Source: Octopus sinensis (taxonomy: Eukaryota). Taken from it: a stretch of DNA of 64,000 nt. This document shows, in pieces, positions 52,201 through 64,000 of the stretch. Under the pieces are notes generated by a model, which was given only the letters and a program-made list of their open reading frames with translations, was not told the DNA's origin and did no database searches. The DNA lies in contig NC_043026.1 of assembly GCF_006345805.1 (NCBI RefSeq), positions 1,984,001-2,048,000 on the forward strand, in the 5' to 3' direction. Made by a program: the position numbers and the translations under genes. Numbering within the stretch: the stretch's first letter is position 1; each line of letters begins with the position of its first letter.

Positions 52201-53182
52201 GACTGGATGAATAAGATTAAAAGCTAAGTGATGTGGGAAAACGTGACATGATTGGATGAATAAAATAGAAAGCTTAGGAAGAATGTTTTGTGTGAAGACA
52301 ACTGAAGTTGCCTCAGAATGATTCCCTGATTTAGCCACAGAAAAATGCTTGGTGGAGGTGGCCAGATGGAATGACCGATGAGATTCAGGGTCACCAGGCA
52401 AACAACACTTGAGAAGAAAAAGGGCCAGGGTGTGTTTATAGATGACAACTAAGACAGAAAGAATATGGGCATCTTTTTTGTATATCTTTTACTTGTTTCA
52501 GTCATTAGACTGCGACCATGCTGGGGCAGTGCCTTGGAGAATCTTTAGTCAAATGAATCTACTCCAGGACTTTGGGTCTTAAAACCTGGTACTTTTGCTG
52601 AAACAGCGTGTGTGTGTGTGTGTGTGTGTGTACGTGTGTGTGTGTGTGTGTGTGTGTGAAGAAGAAGAAGCTGAGGTTACTCTGTCAAACGTAAAGTTTA
52701 TTTATTCACATTGTTTTGAATTAAACTTGATTTGGGATTTTGATGATGTGATTGTTTATTTGTTTGTATGACATACGAGGGAAGGTGCCAGAAGTAGGAA
52801 CTGACTGGCTTGAACATAAAACAGGTGAGAGTATTTGGCCCAGATATGGTCAATTGAAACCAGCCATATCTGGCCTGAATATTCAATCTGTTTTATATTC
52901 AAATCAGCTCGGTTCTGACCTCTCCTACCTATCATACAATGTCATTTTAAAAATAAGCAGTCACATCATCAGAATCTCAGAACAACAAGATAATGCGGGA
53001 TTAATTCAAGACCATGTGGCTAAATAAGCAATATATATTGGACAGAGTAATCTGAATGCCAGAAGGGTTGTTAAACCATCCGAGAACCAGTGGTCAGCTC
53101 ATTAGACACCTGCAATTAACGATGCTATTGTTCACAAACTGTGATACATAATAATAATAATAATGTTGAAGTCTTAGTTTAC

Positions 53183-53255
53183 CTTGTAATATTTCATTTC
53201 CTCGACAACAGCCTCCGACTCATCGACGATTGATAAATTCTCCTTGTGGTAGTAC
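53183..53255 (-). CDS. PTER: Phosphotriesterase-related protein, internal exon
   Basis: Acceptor ttccttAG, donor GTaaac, 73 nt, phase 2-0. Encodes YYHKENLSIVDESEAVVEEMKYYK, resembling vertebrate PTER YSHKENLQLNQETEAIKEELLYFK (recalled). Confidence 0.85.
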
Positions 53256-53725
53256 CTAAGGAATATATAAGAAGAGTGTCATGGAATTTGGATGGACTGG
53301 TTTATAATAGGACTACAAGATCAGGACTATCCAAGGATAAGCAACATAGTGGAGGCACATAGCTTAGTGGTTAGGGTGCTGGTCTCATGACTGTAAGATT
53401 GTGGTTTCAATTCCTGGACTGGGTGATGTGTTGTGTTCTTAATCAAAATGCTTCACGTCACGTTGCCGCAGTCCATTCAGCTGGTAAAAATGAATAACTC
53501 TGCAATGGACTGGCATCCCATCCAGGTGGGGAATATATTCACCATGAAACTGGGAAACCGGCCCTTATCAGTTGGGATGACTTGAGAAGATAGCTTTACC
53601 TTTTACTAAGAATAAACAACCACATAACAGATATTCATATGAAATTCAGCAGGATTTGGAAAGATAGTAATGATGTTTGAATGTTTATACTGTATACTAC
53701 ATCAATTTGTATGCCAGAAAATCTA

Positions 53726-54310
53726 CAGGGCTGGCACTAGGAATTGCAGAGCCCAATTAGAGAATTGTCAGTGGGGTCCTCTATTCTACAAAAGCTGAAG
53801 ATTGATGTTTTATGCTTTGTGTAGTATGCTGGTCTCAGCCAAAAAGCGTTGAGGGCTTGAGGCTTCACCATTAGCCACAATGATATACTAAACATTGAGA
53901 GCTCATCTGAAAGCTTGAATGCTTTATTACAAGTCAAGATAATTACTGACATATTGTCTGTGAATAGGACTTCTGAAAACAGACTTTTCTGGCTTCTTTT
54001 TTTTTTTATCTGAGAAGTCTTTCAAAATCATTTCAAAGTCAATTGTTTTTGTAAAGCCATCTTCTATAGAGAGCATCACCAAATCATTTACTCTCTCTCT
54101 TGTGAAACTGGTGACCATATATCTATGTTTTAATCAATTTTAGTTTTGAAACACTTCTTTCACTTTATGCAGTTGTTACAGGTTTTGCTATGTAAATCCT
54201 TGAAGCAATAAAAACATTAGCAAATGTTCAATTCAGCATGGGGCCATCCGCTGTGTCTTTTTGATTAATTTCTCAAGTAGAATACTATATTTTCTGGCAT
54301 ACAAGTTGAA
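53726..54310 (-). mobile_element. hAT transposase C-terminal dimerisation-domain fossil
   Basis: IYIAKPVTTA*SERSVSKLKLIKT and ERVNDLVMLSIE match PVTSASAERSFSKLK...RLNxLAxLSIE; CAGGGCTGGC terminus at 53726. Confidence 0.75.
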
Positions 54311-54422
54311 AAGCCAGAAAAAGATCAGTCAACTTACACACCAAGATGACTTTGGAGGACCAAAAATTCCACGTGAAATACCACTGGAAAGAATGTGACG
54401 ATCTTTAAATGATTACACTATA

Positions 54423-54709
54423 TCTTTATATATAAAACTGTGTGAGAGTCTGTCTCCTCCGATTTAGGTTCCTAACTACGCCCACATTTTGAGGTGCAGT
54501 TTAACCAAAAGCGGGTATCTCATAGTCGTGATTCATATCGAGCCCTTCTGGGTATTTGCACGTGTCTACGATGATAAAAAAATTTACCATCATATTTTCG
54601 CATTTTTAATGCATTTTTTGCTCGGTTTATATAAGGGAAGTAACTCTCTAAAAATGCTTATATAGTTATTTCCCTTACAAATCCGAGCAACGCTGGGCGA
54701 TACTGCTAG
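54423..54709 (+). mobile_element. Non-autonomous Helitron-type element
   Basis: 5' A|TC, degenerate 3' hairpin then CTAG|T. Similar 3' ends at about 21250-21278, 33550-33574 and 45910-45937. Confidence 0.65.
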
Positions 54710-56529
54710 TACTACATACAATGACTTGCATACTGGAAAATATGCTATTCTAATATCTAAAAGGCTGTGAGACTGGCTGAGTCATTAGCATACCAGGCAA
54801 AATGCTCAGTGTCATTTTGTCCATCTTTACATTCTGAGTTCGAATCCTCCCAGACAAAATGCTTAGCGTTTGTACTCTGCGTGTGTTTGTCCTATTAATA
54901 TATCATATCTCTATATTTATACTTGAATATTCTTTGTCTGAAAATCTTCAGCCTCTGCTTTTTCTCTATCTACTTGTACATATATACATATATATATTTA
55001 CTATATCAAACCTAAGCAGTTTTATTTGTTTATTTGCATAATTATTTCTATATCCACCCACCAGGATTCCACTTATAGCCCCTTTTTATTCTGTGGACTT
55101 GGTCCCACATAAAGACATTGGAGTGTAAGTTCAAATCAGTGAGTGCTACTGTTTCATACACATACACACACACACATACACACACACACATACATATATG
55201 TTCTTATATTTGAGGATGGTCGTCTTTTGCCAACTAAACATATATATGTATAGGTGTGGCCATGTGGTAAGAAGCTCGTTTCCCAACCACATGGTTCCAG
55301 GTTCAGTCCCATTGGGCAAGTGTCTTTTACTATAGTTCTGGACAGACCAAGGACTTGTGAGTGGATTTGATAAGCAGAAACTGAAAGAAACCTTCACTTT
55401 CTAAGCTGTTTTCACAACCTTCCTGTATTTGTGAATTCCTTTGTCATGTAAAATGCAGCACTGTGAAGTGGTTGGCATTTGGAAGGGCATCTGGCTGTAA
55501 AATCTATGCCAAAACAGACACAGTAGCCTGGTGTGGTCTTCTATCTGGTTGGCTCCTGGCAAACCATTCAACCCATGCCAGCATGGAAGGAGGACATTAA
55601 ATAATGATGATGATGATTTTATATATATATATATATATATAGTTTGTTCCTTCCTGAGCCATGGCTGGCTCATAGGGCCACTTTCCCAGTTTCCTTGGCA
55701 TATAGGTTCCCCACCTGGACAGGACACTGGCCTGTCGCAGGTGAGCTGCAAGATGCTCATGAAATTTGTGGTGAGAGAAAGTCAGCAGAAGTTCACCATT
55801 ACCTTCTGCCGGAGCCGCATGGAGCTTAGGTGTTTCGCACACAAACACACACATCGCCCAGTCTGAGATTCGAACCCATGATCCCTCGACCACGAGCCCA
55901 CTGCTCTAACCACTAGGTCATGTGCCTCCACACACACACACACATATATATTCATACATACATACACATGTATGTCTATGTGTGTGTATCTTTGTGTTTG
56001 TCTCCCGGCACTACTTGACAACTGGTGGTGAGCTGGCAGAACCGTTAGCACACCGGGCAAAATGCCGCTACGTTCTGAGTTCAAATTCCGCTGAGGTCGA
56101 CTTTGTCTTTCATCCTTTCATGGTTGATTAAATAAGTACCAGTTACACACTGGGGTCGATATAATCGACTTAATCTGTCTGTCTATACTTGTTTGTCCTC
56201 TCTGTGTTTAGCTCCTTGTGGGTAGTAAAGAAATAGAAATAGGTATTGGCTTCTTTACATCCCCATAACTTAGTGGTTTGGCAAAACAGATTGATAGAGT
56301 AAGTACCAGGCTTAAAAAATAAACAAGTGCTAGGGTCAACTTGTTCAACCCGAAACCGTTCAAGGCCATGCCCCAGCATGGCCACAGTCTAATGACTGAA
56401 ACAAGTAAAAGATAAAAGATACAGACACATGGCAGGCTTCTGCAGAGTTTCTATTTCCCAAATTCAAGGCATCCTGCTTGCAAAAAGCAATCTTCCTAAC
56501 CACAAATCCATGCCAATCCTGACAATTAT

Positions 56530-56562
<33 letters not shown>

Positions 56563-57037
56563 TATTTTGAGGCCACAAAAACAAGTTTAAAGCTAAAAGC
56601 ATTGAAACATTTTGTAAACATTCTAAAAGCAAACAACAGAAAAAGAAAAAAGAAAACCCCAGTCGGCTCAGTTTCATTTTTAATGATATAAAAAGGCAAA
56701 TCTGGCAGCCATAAGTAAGTTTCCGCTCCCTGGTGTGGCGAGAAAATAAAGTATTTCCTCTCAAACAATCAGTTAAACACTCTTGATAATGAACTTGCTA
56801 ATCAGTACTTAACAGAGTAGATACAATTACAGAGTGTCCTGGAAACAATTAGTGACAGAAAACTTGGCTGTTTAATTCTATGAGTTTCAGTTTACATGGA
56901 AACGGGGAGGGGGAGAGAAAGAGAAGAAATGAAATGATTTTAAGTAAACTTCATGAAATAAAACAGAATTTTGTACAGAATCTAGAATGTGTGTGTATGT
57001 AAATACATATATTTATTTATTTATACTGGTGAAGGCC

Positions 57038-57108
57038 GGTCTATAGGACTACCCAGGGATTCTCGCCATAAAGGGTACCTTTTATGGCGTATCTTCAGAC
57101 CATAAGAC
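57038..57108 (-). ncRNA. Hammerhead-like fold with A15.1 replaced by U
   Basis: GGUCUUAUGGU-CUGAAGA-UA-CGCCAUAAAGG-UAC-CCUUUAUGGCG-A-GAAU-CCCUGG-GUA-GUCCUAUAGACC. Confidence 0.5.
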
Positions 57109-57328
57109 CTGTTGGCCTATGGCCTCTTTAAAATAGATTTGGTCTGTGGCACTCAGCAAGTTATCCTGCAGGAATTCCCAGTTAACCCCGCCCTCATATC
57201 ACAAATTTCTCAATTAGGATGTCCCTAAATAGTTTAAAGAGGCCAACAGGTTTTTATGGTCACCATAATAAATACAGACTACTCTATTTCTTAGAGTGTG
57301 CTTCTCAGGATTCATGTTTGTCTAAAAA

Positions 57329-57329
<1 letters not shown>

Positions 57330-57410
<81 letters not shown>

Positions 57411-57418
57411 ATATATAT

Positions 57419-57452
<34 letters not shown>

Positions 57453-57458
57453 CATATA

Positions 57459-57517
<59 letters not shown>

Positions 57518-57522
57518 GTATG

Positions 57523-57576
<54 letters not shown>

Positions 57577-57579
57577 ATG

Positions 57580-57617
<38 letters not shown>

Positions 57618-57641
57618 ATATATATATATATGTATATATAC

Positions 57642-57706
<65 letters not shown>

Positions 57707-57823
57707 TGAAGCCTTCTGGCTTCACAGACCCCAGTAGAACCGTCCAACCCATGCTAGCATGGAAAACGGACGCTAAACGATGATGATGATGATGATGATG
57801 ATATATATATATATATATATATG

Positions 57824-57878
<55 letters not shown>

Positions 57879-57938
57879 GTATATGTATGTATATATATAT
57901 ATATATTATATACATATATATATATATATATGTATATA

Positions 57939-58013
<75 letters not shown>

Positions 58014-58020
58014 CACATAT
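57330..58020. repeat. Long (TA)n arrays split by a retroposon tail fragment
   Basis: Directly visible; similar arrays at 7780-7900, 23862-24180 and 47260-47530. Confidence 0.97.
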
Positions 58021-58029
58021 ATAAATACA

Positions 58030-58202
58030 CAGGAGTGTAGCTAGGCTAGATGGCACCCAAGGCAAGCATCAAAATTGCGCTCCTGCCCCAACAAACCCTG
58101 CCTGAAAAGATTAAAAAATTTTTTTCTTGGCGAAAATTGCAATCCACTCAAAGTGGTGTCCAGGGTATGTACCCTGCTTGCCCCACCCTAGCTGCACTCA
58201 TG
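58030..58202. mobile_element. hAT-type MITE
   Basis: TIRs CA(G/T)GAGTG(T/C)AGCTAGG; 8-bp TSD TAAATACA / TACATACA (7 of 8 match). Confidence 0.75.
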
Positions 58203-58400
58203 TACATACATATAATATCAAATATATATATATATATATATATAAAAATTAGAAAAAAAACCACCTTCAAAATGAACAATTAAATTACGCCATCTAGAAA
58301 ATTACATATAATAGAAATATTAAAAGTAAAATAACAATAAAATGTCAATGATTAAGTAAATTGTAAAAAATAGTAATAAAAACGTATATAATAGGTAGAA

Positions 58401-58489
58401 TAACGACACATGTTTCGTGGCTATATTTAAGAAATGATTATAGTAGTAGTAAAATCACTTCGATATAAATATAGCCACTCATCAGGTTA
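58401..58489 (-). ncRNA. Type I hammerhead ribozyme fold, canonical core
   Basis: Minus-strand RNA: UAAC-CUGAUGA-GUGGCUAUAUUUA...UAAAUAUAGCCAC-GAAAC-AUGU-GUC-GUUA. All core nucleotides present, 13-bp perfect stem II, GUC triplet. Confidence 0.8.
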
Positions 58490-59496
58490 AAAATATACTA
58501 GAATAATAAAATAATTAATTAATAAATATACTTTAATATATATATATATATGTATGTATATGTATATGTATATATATATATATGAAAATACTAAATGTAC
58601 ATAAGTGAAAAATAAAATAATAGTTAAATTATTAAATACTTTAAAATTAAATAAAATACACAAAGCTAGTACAAGTCATTAAATTGTAATCAAAATAAGA
58701 AAAGGTTCAAATATAGACAAACTCCTTAAATAAGCTAACCATATAATCAATATACATGTGTAGTATCTATAGATTTAATATAACAATCTATAACAAAGTT
58801 GACTAAATATCAAATAATATCATACCTAATTGACTTAAAATTTGATATTACAAATAAATAAGCCACCTAATAATAAAATAATATATTGTCTGACGAAATT
58901 AATTCTTAAATTAAATTAATGTAATACGTTAGATCCCTTTACATATAAATATATATATACATATATATATATATATTTATATATACATATATACATGCAC
59001 ATTGCACACAGATATATGCATATATATATACATACATATTTTACTCTTTTACTCTTTTACTTGTTTCAGTCATTTGACTGTGACCATGCTGGAGCACCAC
59101 CTTTAGTCAAGCAAATCAACCCCAAGACTTATTCTTTGTAAGCCTAGTACTTATTCTGTCAGTCTCTTTTGCCGAACTGCTAAGTTACAGGGACGTAAAC
59201 ACACCAGCATCAGTTGTCAAGCGATGTTGGGGGGACAAACACAGACACACAAACATACACACACACACACACATATATATGTCTACCAAATCCACTCACA
59301 AGGCTTTGGTCGGCCCGAGGCTATAGTAGAAGACCCTTGCCCAAGGCACCATGCACTACTTACCACACAGCCACTCCTACGATGAGAATAAACAAATAAA
59401 ACTGCTTGGGTTTGATATACAAAAATATATAGACATGTAATACAAATAAATACAGAGAAGATCTTCAGAGGATGAGTATTCTAGTATAAATACATA

Positions 59497-61132
59497 GAGG
59501 GTGTCCCTCAAAGGTTTACCCATTCATATTTCTTAATTATTCAAAATAAACTTAAAGGTAGGATAATGAAATTTGGCACACCTGTTCTAATGGAAATTAT
59601 CAATCCATTGCAGTAGTCACATTTCAAAATGACCACCTTTCACCTTGACCACAGCCTGCAAATGAGTGGTCAGTGAGTTGCATGAGCACCATATCACCTC
59701 CTCATCCAATTTGACCCATGAAGGCAGAAGGGCTTCCTTCAAATCTGACACATTTGAATAGCAGCAAGCAGAAACAATACTCTCTAAGACGGACCAGACA
59801 GCAAAGTCTGTGGGATTGATGACTGGACTTGAGGGAGGCCATATTGTCTTGTCCCAAAAACCTCTGAAATACTCACTGCACCATCTCTGAGTCGAATTGG
59901 ATATGAAGGCCAGAGTCCCATCTTGAGTGAAGATGTAATGGTCACCAAAGGTTTCTGTGACCCAGGGCAACACTTTCTCATCCAACATTTCCACATAAAC
60001 TTGACTGCTGACCTTGACACCAGCATCAATGAAGATCAAGGGAGACTTGGCCCCATCAGATGCAACTGCAGCCCACACTACAAGTGAAGCTGGCTTCTGA
60101 CGGCAGGAATGACTCCGGGTACCTTTAGACACATCTCCTGCATTACATGCATAAAGCCTGTCATTCTGTCTTTTGGTAACTGCCTCCACAGTGAAAATCT
60201 TCTCATTGGACCAGAACTCTGTTAGTGGCATGCCTCATCTCATCTAACGTGGTTTTTCCCCTGTCAAGCCATTTCTTCTCGGAAGCTGCTGAGACTGTTT
60301 CTTGAATGCAGTTAGTTTTAAATCCCCTTTAAAGATCCTGTCCATTGACGATTTCGAAATATCAAGATCTTTTGCAGCTTTCCTTGCACTCCTGCTGGGA
60401 TTTCGGTTCACTCACTTCTTCACGGCTTCAACAGTTTGTTTGGTACAAATTGATTATTTCCTTTCAGGAATTGGCTTGCTAAAGGTACAAGCAGACCCTA
60501 TATATCGTTTCCAGGTATTGAACACAATTTTGTGGCACACATTCAATTGTTTTGTTATGTCCTTGTTACTCACTCCTCATGTTTTCAAAGGGAGAATCTG
60601 GGCACGTTTTGCTTTCGACACCCTGTTTGTTTACAAACCTGTTATAGACAAATGAAATAATAGACACATAAGCAAAAGACAAATGCAAATATTTATGTAA
60701 AACTAGCACTGTGACCCGGCGTTGCTAGTGCATGCATATACAGCTGCGTGCGTGCGCACATACACGCAAGTACTGTCCAAGTCTCCGACCAATCACATAC
60801 AGCTAGCTGGCATTCAATCAGCGTATCAAGTTTCGGGCATTTTGATTGGGTTTTGGATAGAAAATTCACAAAAAATCACTTCTATTGATTTTTTAAATGG
60901 CTTTGCAGGGTGACTGGGGAAATGTAAAGATGTGCACGACCACCCTTGGACAGTTTTGAATGACCATAGAAAGTGCGAGCCCTCTAACTGAAAAATTGTG
61001 GATTTATATAAAGGACATACACACAGACAGACATTTTGCCGTTAATATATAGAGAGATGTCAATAATATTACTTGAAACGATATTCTTTAGGAAGAATTT
61101 CAAACATGGATAAATCTTTCTGGGACACCCTG
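59497..61132 (-). mobile_element. maT / DD37D transposon, defective
   Basis: Termini (C/G)AGGGTGTCCC with TA on both sides; EKIFTVE...QNDRLYA; 37 residues between QDG and NPTD; first catalytic Asp is Asn. Confidence 0.88.
60703..61057 (-). mobile_element. Helitron-type element nested in the DD37D transposon
   Basis: On the minus strand, 5' A|TC at 61057 and 3' CTAG|T at 60703; the flanks rejoin at an AT dinucleotide. Confidence 0.65.
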
Positions 61133-62358
61133 TAAATATTTATATATTAACAGAGCAAAATTACACAGAGTTCAAATGATAGAGAGAAATTAAAGGTGAG
61201 AAAGTATGGTGTTACAAGTCCACATTCATCCAGTCGACCTTTAAACTTCTCTGCAATCTGAAATGTCAGATTTTTTTCTCCCCTCAAGATTTGATTTTGA
61301 TTTTTGATTTTTCCAGTTTCAGCTAATGAGCTGTGGCCATGCTGGGGCACCGCCATTTATGGACCTTATTTACCAAATGTTTCTTTCCTTCCATTACTGG
61401 TTGCATAACTCCATCTGGCAACATTATGAAGGATCTCCAAGCTCCCTGCAACAGCTGTCAGGCTTCATACCTTCTCCCCTTCAAATTTTTCTGTCATCTG
61501 TGTAAGTTTGCTCAGTTAATATATAAATATCTACAAATTGCAGCGTGGAAGGTGTTTATAAGCCATTTAAGAAACACACAAAACCGTTAGATTCCCTTCA
61601 ACATTTAAATTTAATTTGCCAAAATATTTTCATCGCTTTCAGACCGTGACCTGTTCACTGACAAAATTCCAAGATGCATGGAATTTTGTTGCAGTTTGAA
61701 AGCAACAAAAATATTTTGGCAAATTAAATTTAAATGTTCAGGTGATTCTAATGGTTTTTGTGTGTTTCTTCCACACTGCAATTGTTTTTGTTCCAGCACA
61801 TGATCTCAGATCAGGTCACTTGCTATGCAAGTACATCTCCTTATACTTAAATCTTCAGTCTTTGCTTTCTCTCCGGTTACATATAAACATATGTATATAT
61901 TTATTTTGTATATCAAACCCAAGCAGTTTTATTTGCTTATTCACATAATTATCTCCATATTTGCTCATCTGGATTCCTGTTATGGCCCCTCTTTAGTCTG
62001 TGGACTTGGTCTTGCGTAAACATGTTGGAGAGTAAGTTCAAATCATTTGAGTACTTCAAAGTATTTTCTATCCCCAGAATCTTTGAATCTCATCTGTTGA
62101 CTATATACATATATACATGTGTATGAGTGTGCGTGTGTGTGTGTGTGTATACACACATACATGTATATATACAACATTTACCATGTTGAACTGCTGAACT
62201 CTACATGTTTCTTTCCATTCTCTCTCTATTTATTCCTTTTTGTCAAAGAACTTAGGCTCAAAATGCAAAAGACTTTTCCATTTTTCCTGACCGTCAAACG
62301 AATATACCTTCTTGTTGTTCCTACACCTGTCTTCAGCTTTTATTTTTCTATAAATTTA

Positions 62359-62396
<38 letters not shown>

Positions 62397-62603
62397 ATAT
62401 ATATATATATTTATACACTCATATATATATATATACAGAGAGAGAGAGCAACAAGAAAATGGAACTACCTTCACCATTTAATACACTAGGTAATTGCAAT
62501 GCAATAAAAACCACTTGTGCATTAATAATTGGGTATTCTACCATCAGTATATTGGATAGACATTATCCCTTAGTTGGTTGGATTCACAACTCTCTTGGAA
62601 TAT

Positions 62604-62648
<45 letters not shown>

Positions 62649-63277
62649 ATCCAAACAAGAAAACACAGAAAAAAAACAGCAACGCGAGGACGTGGAACAA
62701 TTAAAGTATTATTTGATGCTCAGGAAAGAAGGGAAGGAGGGTTTGTTTTTGGATTGGGTTTGTAAGATTCTTTATGTGAGTTGAAGCATATATGCTTGGG
62801 TCTGGGGAGTCATTCTCTTTTGGTGCCTTATAATTTAATGCACTCACCGGTAAAATTTCCACTTATTTCTGTTTTTACTTTTTTTTATATTTTTCTAAAA
62901 TTTTCGTCGCAACATGCAATGATGAGTGTGTTAAATTATAAGGCACCAAAAGAGAATGACTTTCCCCAGACACAACAGTGTATATATATATATATATATA
63001 TCATCATCATCATCATCATCATCATCGTTTAGCGTCTGCTTTCCATGCTGGCATGGGTTGGACGGTTCGACTGGGGTCTGGGAAGCCAGAAGGCTGCACC
63101 AGGCCCAGTATGATGTAGCAGTGTTTCTACGGCTGGATGCCCTTCCTAACGCCAACCACTCCGTGAGTGTAGTGGGTGCTTTTTACGTGCCACTTGCACA
63201 GGTGCCAGACGAGGCTGGCAAACGACCACGATCGGATGGTCCTTTTTACGTGCCACCGGCACGGATGCCAGGCAAGG

Positions 63278-63311
<34 letters not shown>

Positions 63312-63691
63312 CAATATATATATATATATATATATATAACAATATATATATATATATACATACATACACAAGCCAGTTTTTATTGTTGTCCGTGAGCCAA
63401 GGTGGATCTTTGAAGCATGTCTGGGTGCAAAGAGCACTTGTTGGTGCATTTCTCCTCCTCGGAAGTGGTGGGGCAACGACATGTTAGACTCCCTTTCATT
63501 TCGTGGACCAGTTTCTTCCTTCTTGATCAGACTACAGTTTGCAGAGTGCACAGACTGGCGGCTCTCTGTCTCTCTGACACCACCACCACCACCAACACCA
63601 CTCCCGCCACTACCAGCACTGCCACCACCACTAGCAGACTTTAAAGTCTTCTGTTCAGGTTTCAGTTACACCTCTCACTCTCCCTCTCCCT

Positions 63692-63722
<31 letters not shown>

Positions 63723-63734
63723 CATATATATATG

Positions 63735-63780
<46 letters not shown>

Positions 63781-63790
63781 TATATATACA

Positions 63791-63858
<68 letters not shown>

Positions 63859-64000
63859 CATACATATATACATACATATATATATATATATTTATATACA
63901 TATATATATATACATGCATATATACATACATACATATATACATATACACACTCACACACACACACACATATACATATATATACCTATCACTCTCTTCTTC

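Noticed and set aside
51800-52470. Possible LINE or coding remnant in a PTER intron
   Set aside because: No motif I can confidently assign; left unannotated.
55700-55800. HEHL motif on the minus strand as the PTER first exon
   Set aside because: Lies inside a multi-copy SINE body; context does not match GxTLxHEH and there are no compatible splice sites.
57305-58065. (YI)n ORFs here and at 23796-24256 and 47252-47572
   Set aside because: (TA)n microsatellite artefacts.
61140-61510. Short protein-like frames (IAEKFKGRLDECG; LEILHNVARWSYATSNG; MDLIYQMFLSFHYW)
   Set aside because: No recognisable family and no linkable exon chain; not supportable without a BLASTX hit or spliced reads.

Overview
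AT-rich, repeat-dominated animal genomic DNA. The tRNA-derived SINE families and microsatellite load suggest a coleoid cephalopod, probably Octopus (inference, not verified). There are no prokaryotic features and no CRISPR array. I reconstructed two multi-exon genes by hand; the ORF track shows only scattered pieces of them. (1) On +, a CAP/SCP protein with a Cys-rich hinge and a C-terminal ShKT domain, i.e. CRISP-like architecture: four phase-consistent exons at 7923-34424, N-terminus not found. (2) On -, phosphotriesterase-related protein PTER: four phase-consistent internal exons at 40496-53255; the first and last exons were not found, and a 100-N gap lies where the 3' exons are expected. 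The rest is transposon debris: mariner DD34D (one nearly intact), a Tc1-like element with apparent DD36E spacing, maT DD37D, hAT, a piggyBac MITE, Helitron-type elements, and R4-like, RTE, CR1 and Penelope-like retroelements, plus SINEs, a 5.4-kb CA-rich satellite and many palindromes. The least expected signal is a set of minimal type I hammerhead-ribozyme folds: three with complete cores and several core variants. One is demonstrably tied to a Penelope pseudo-LTR, and most lie in the sense orientation of the nearest gene. An ~790-bp foldback also abuts a PTER splice acceptor. TE boundaries without stated TIR/TSD evidence are approximate.
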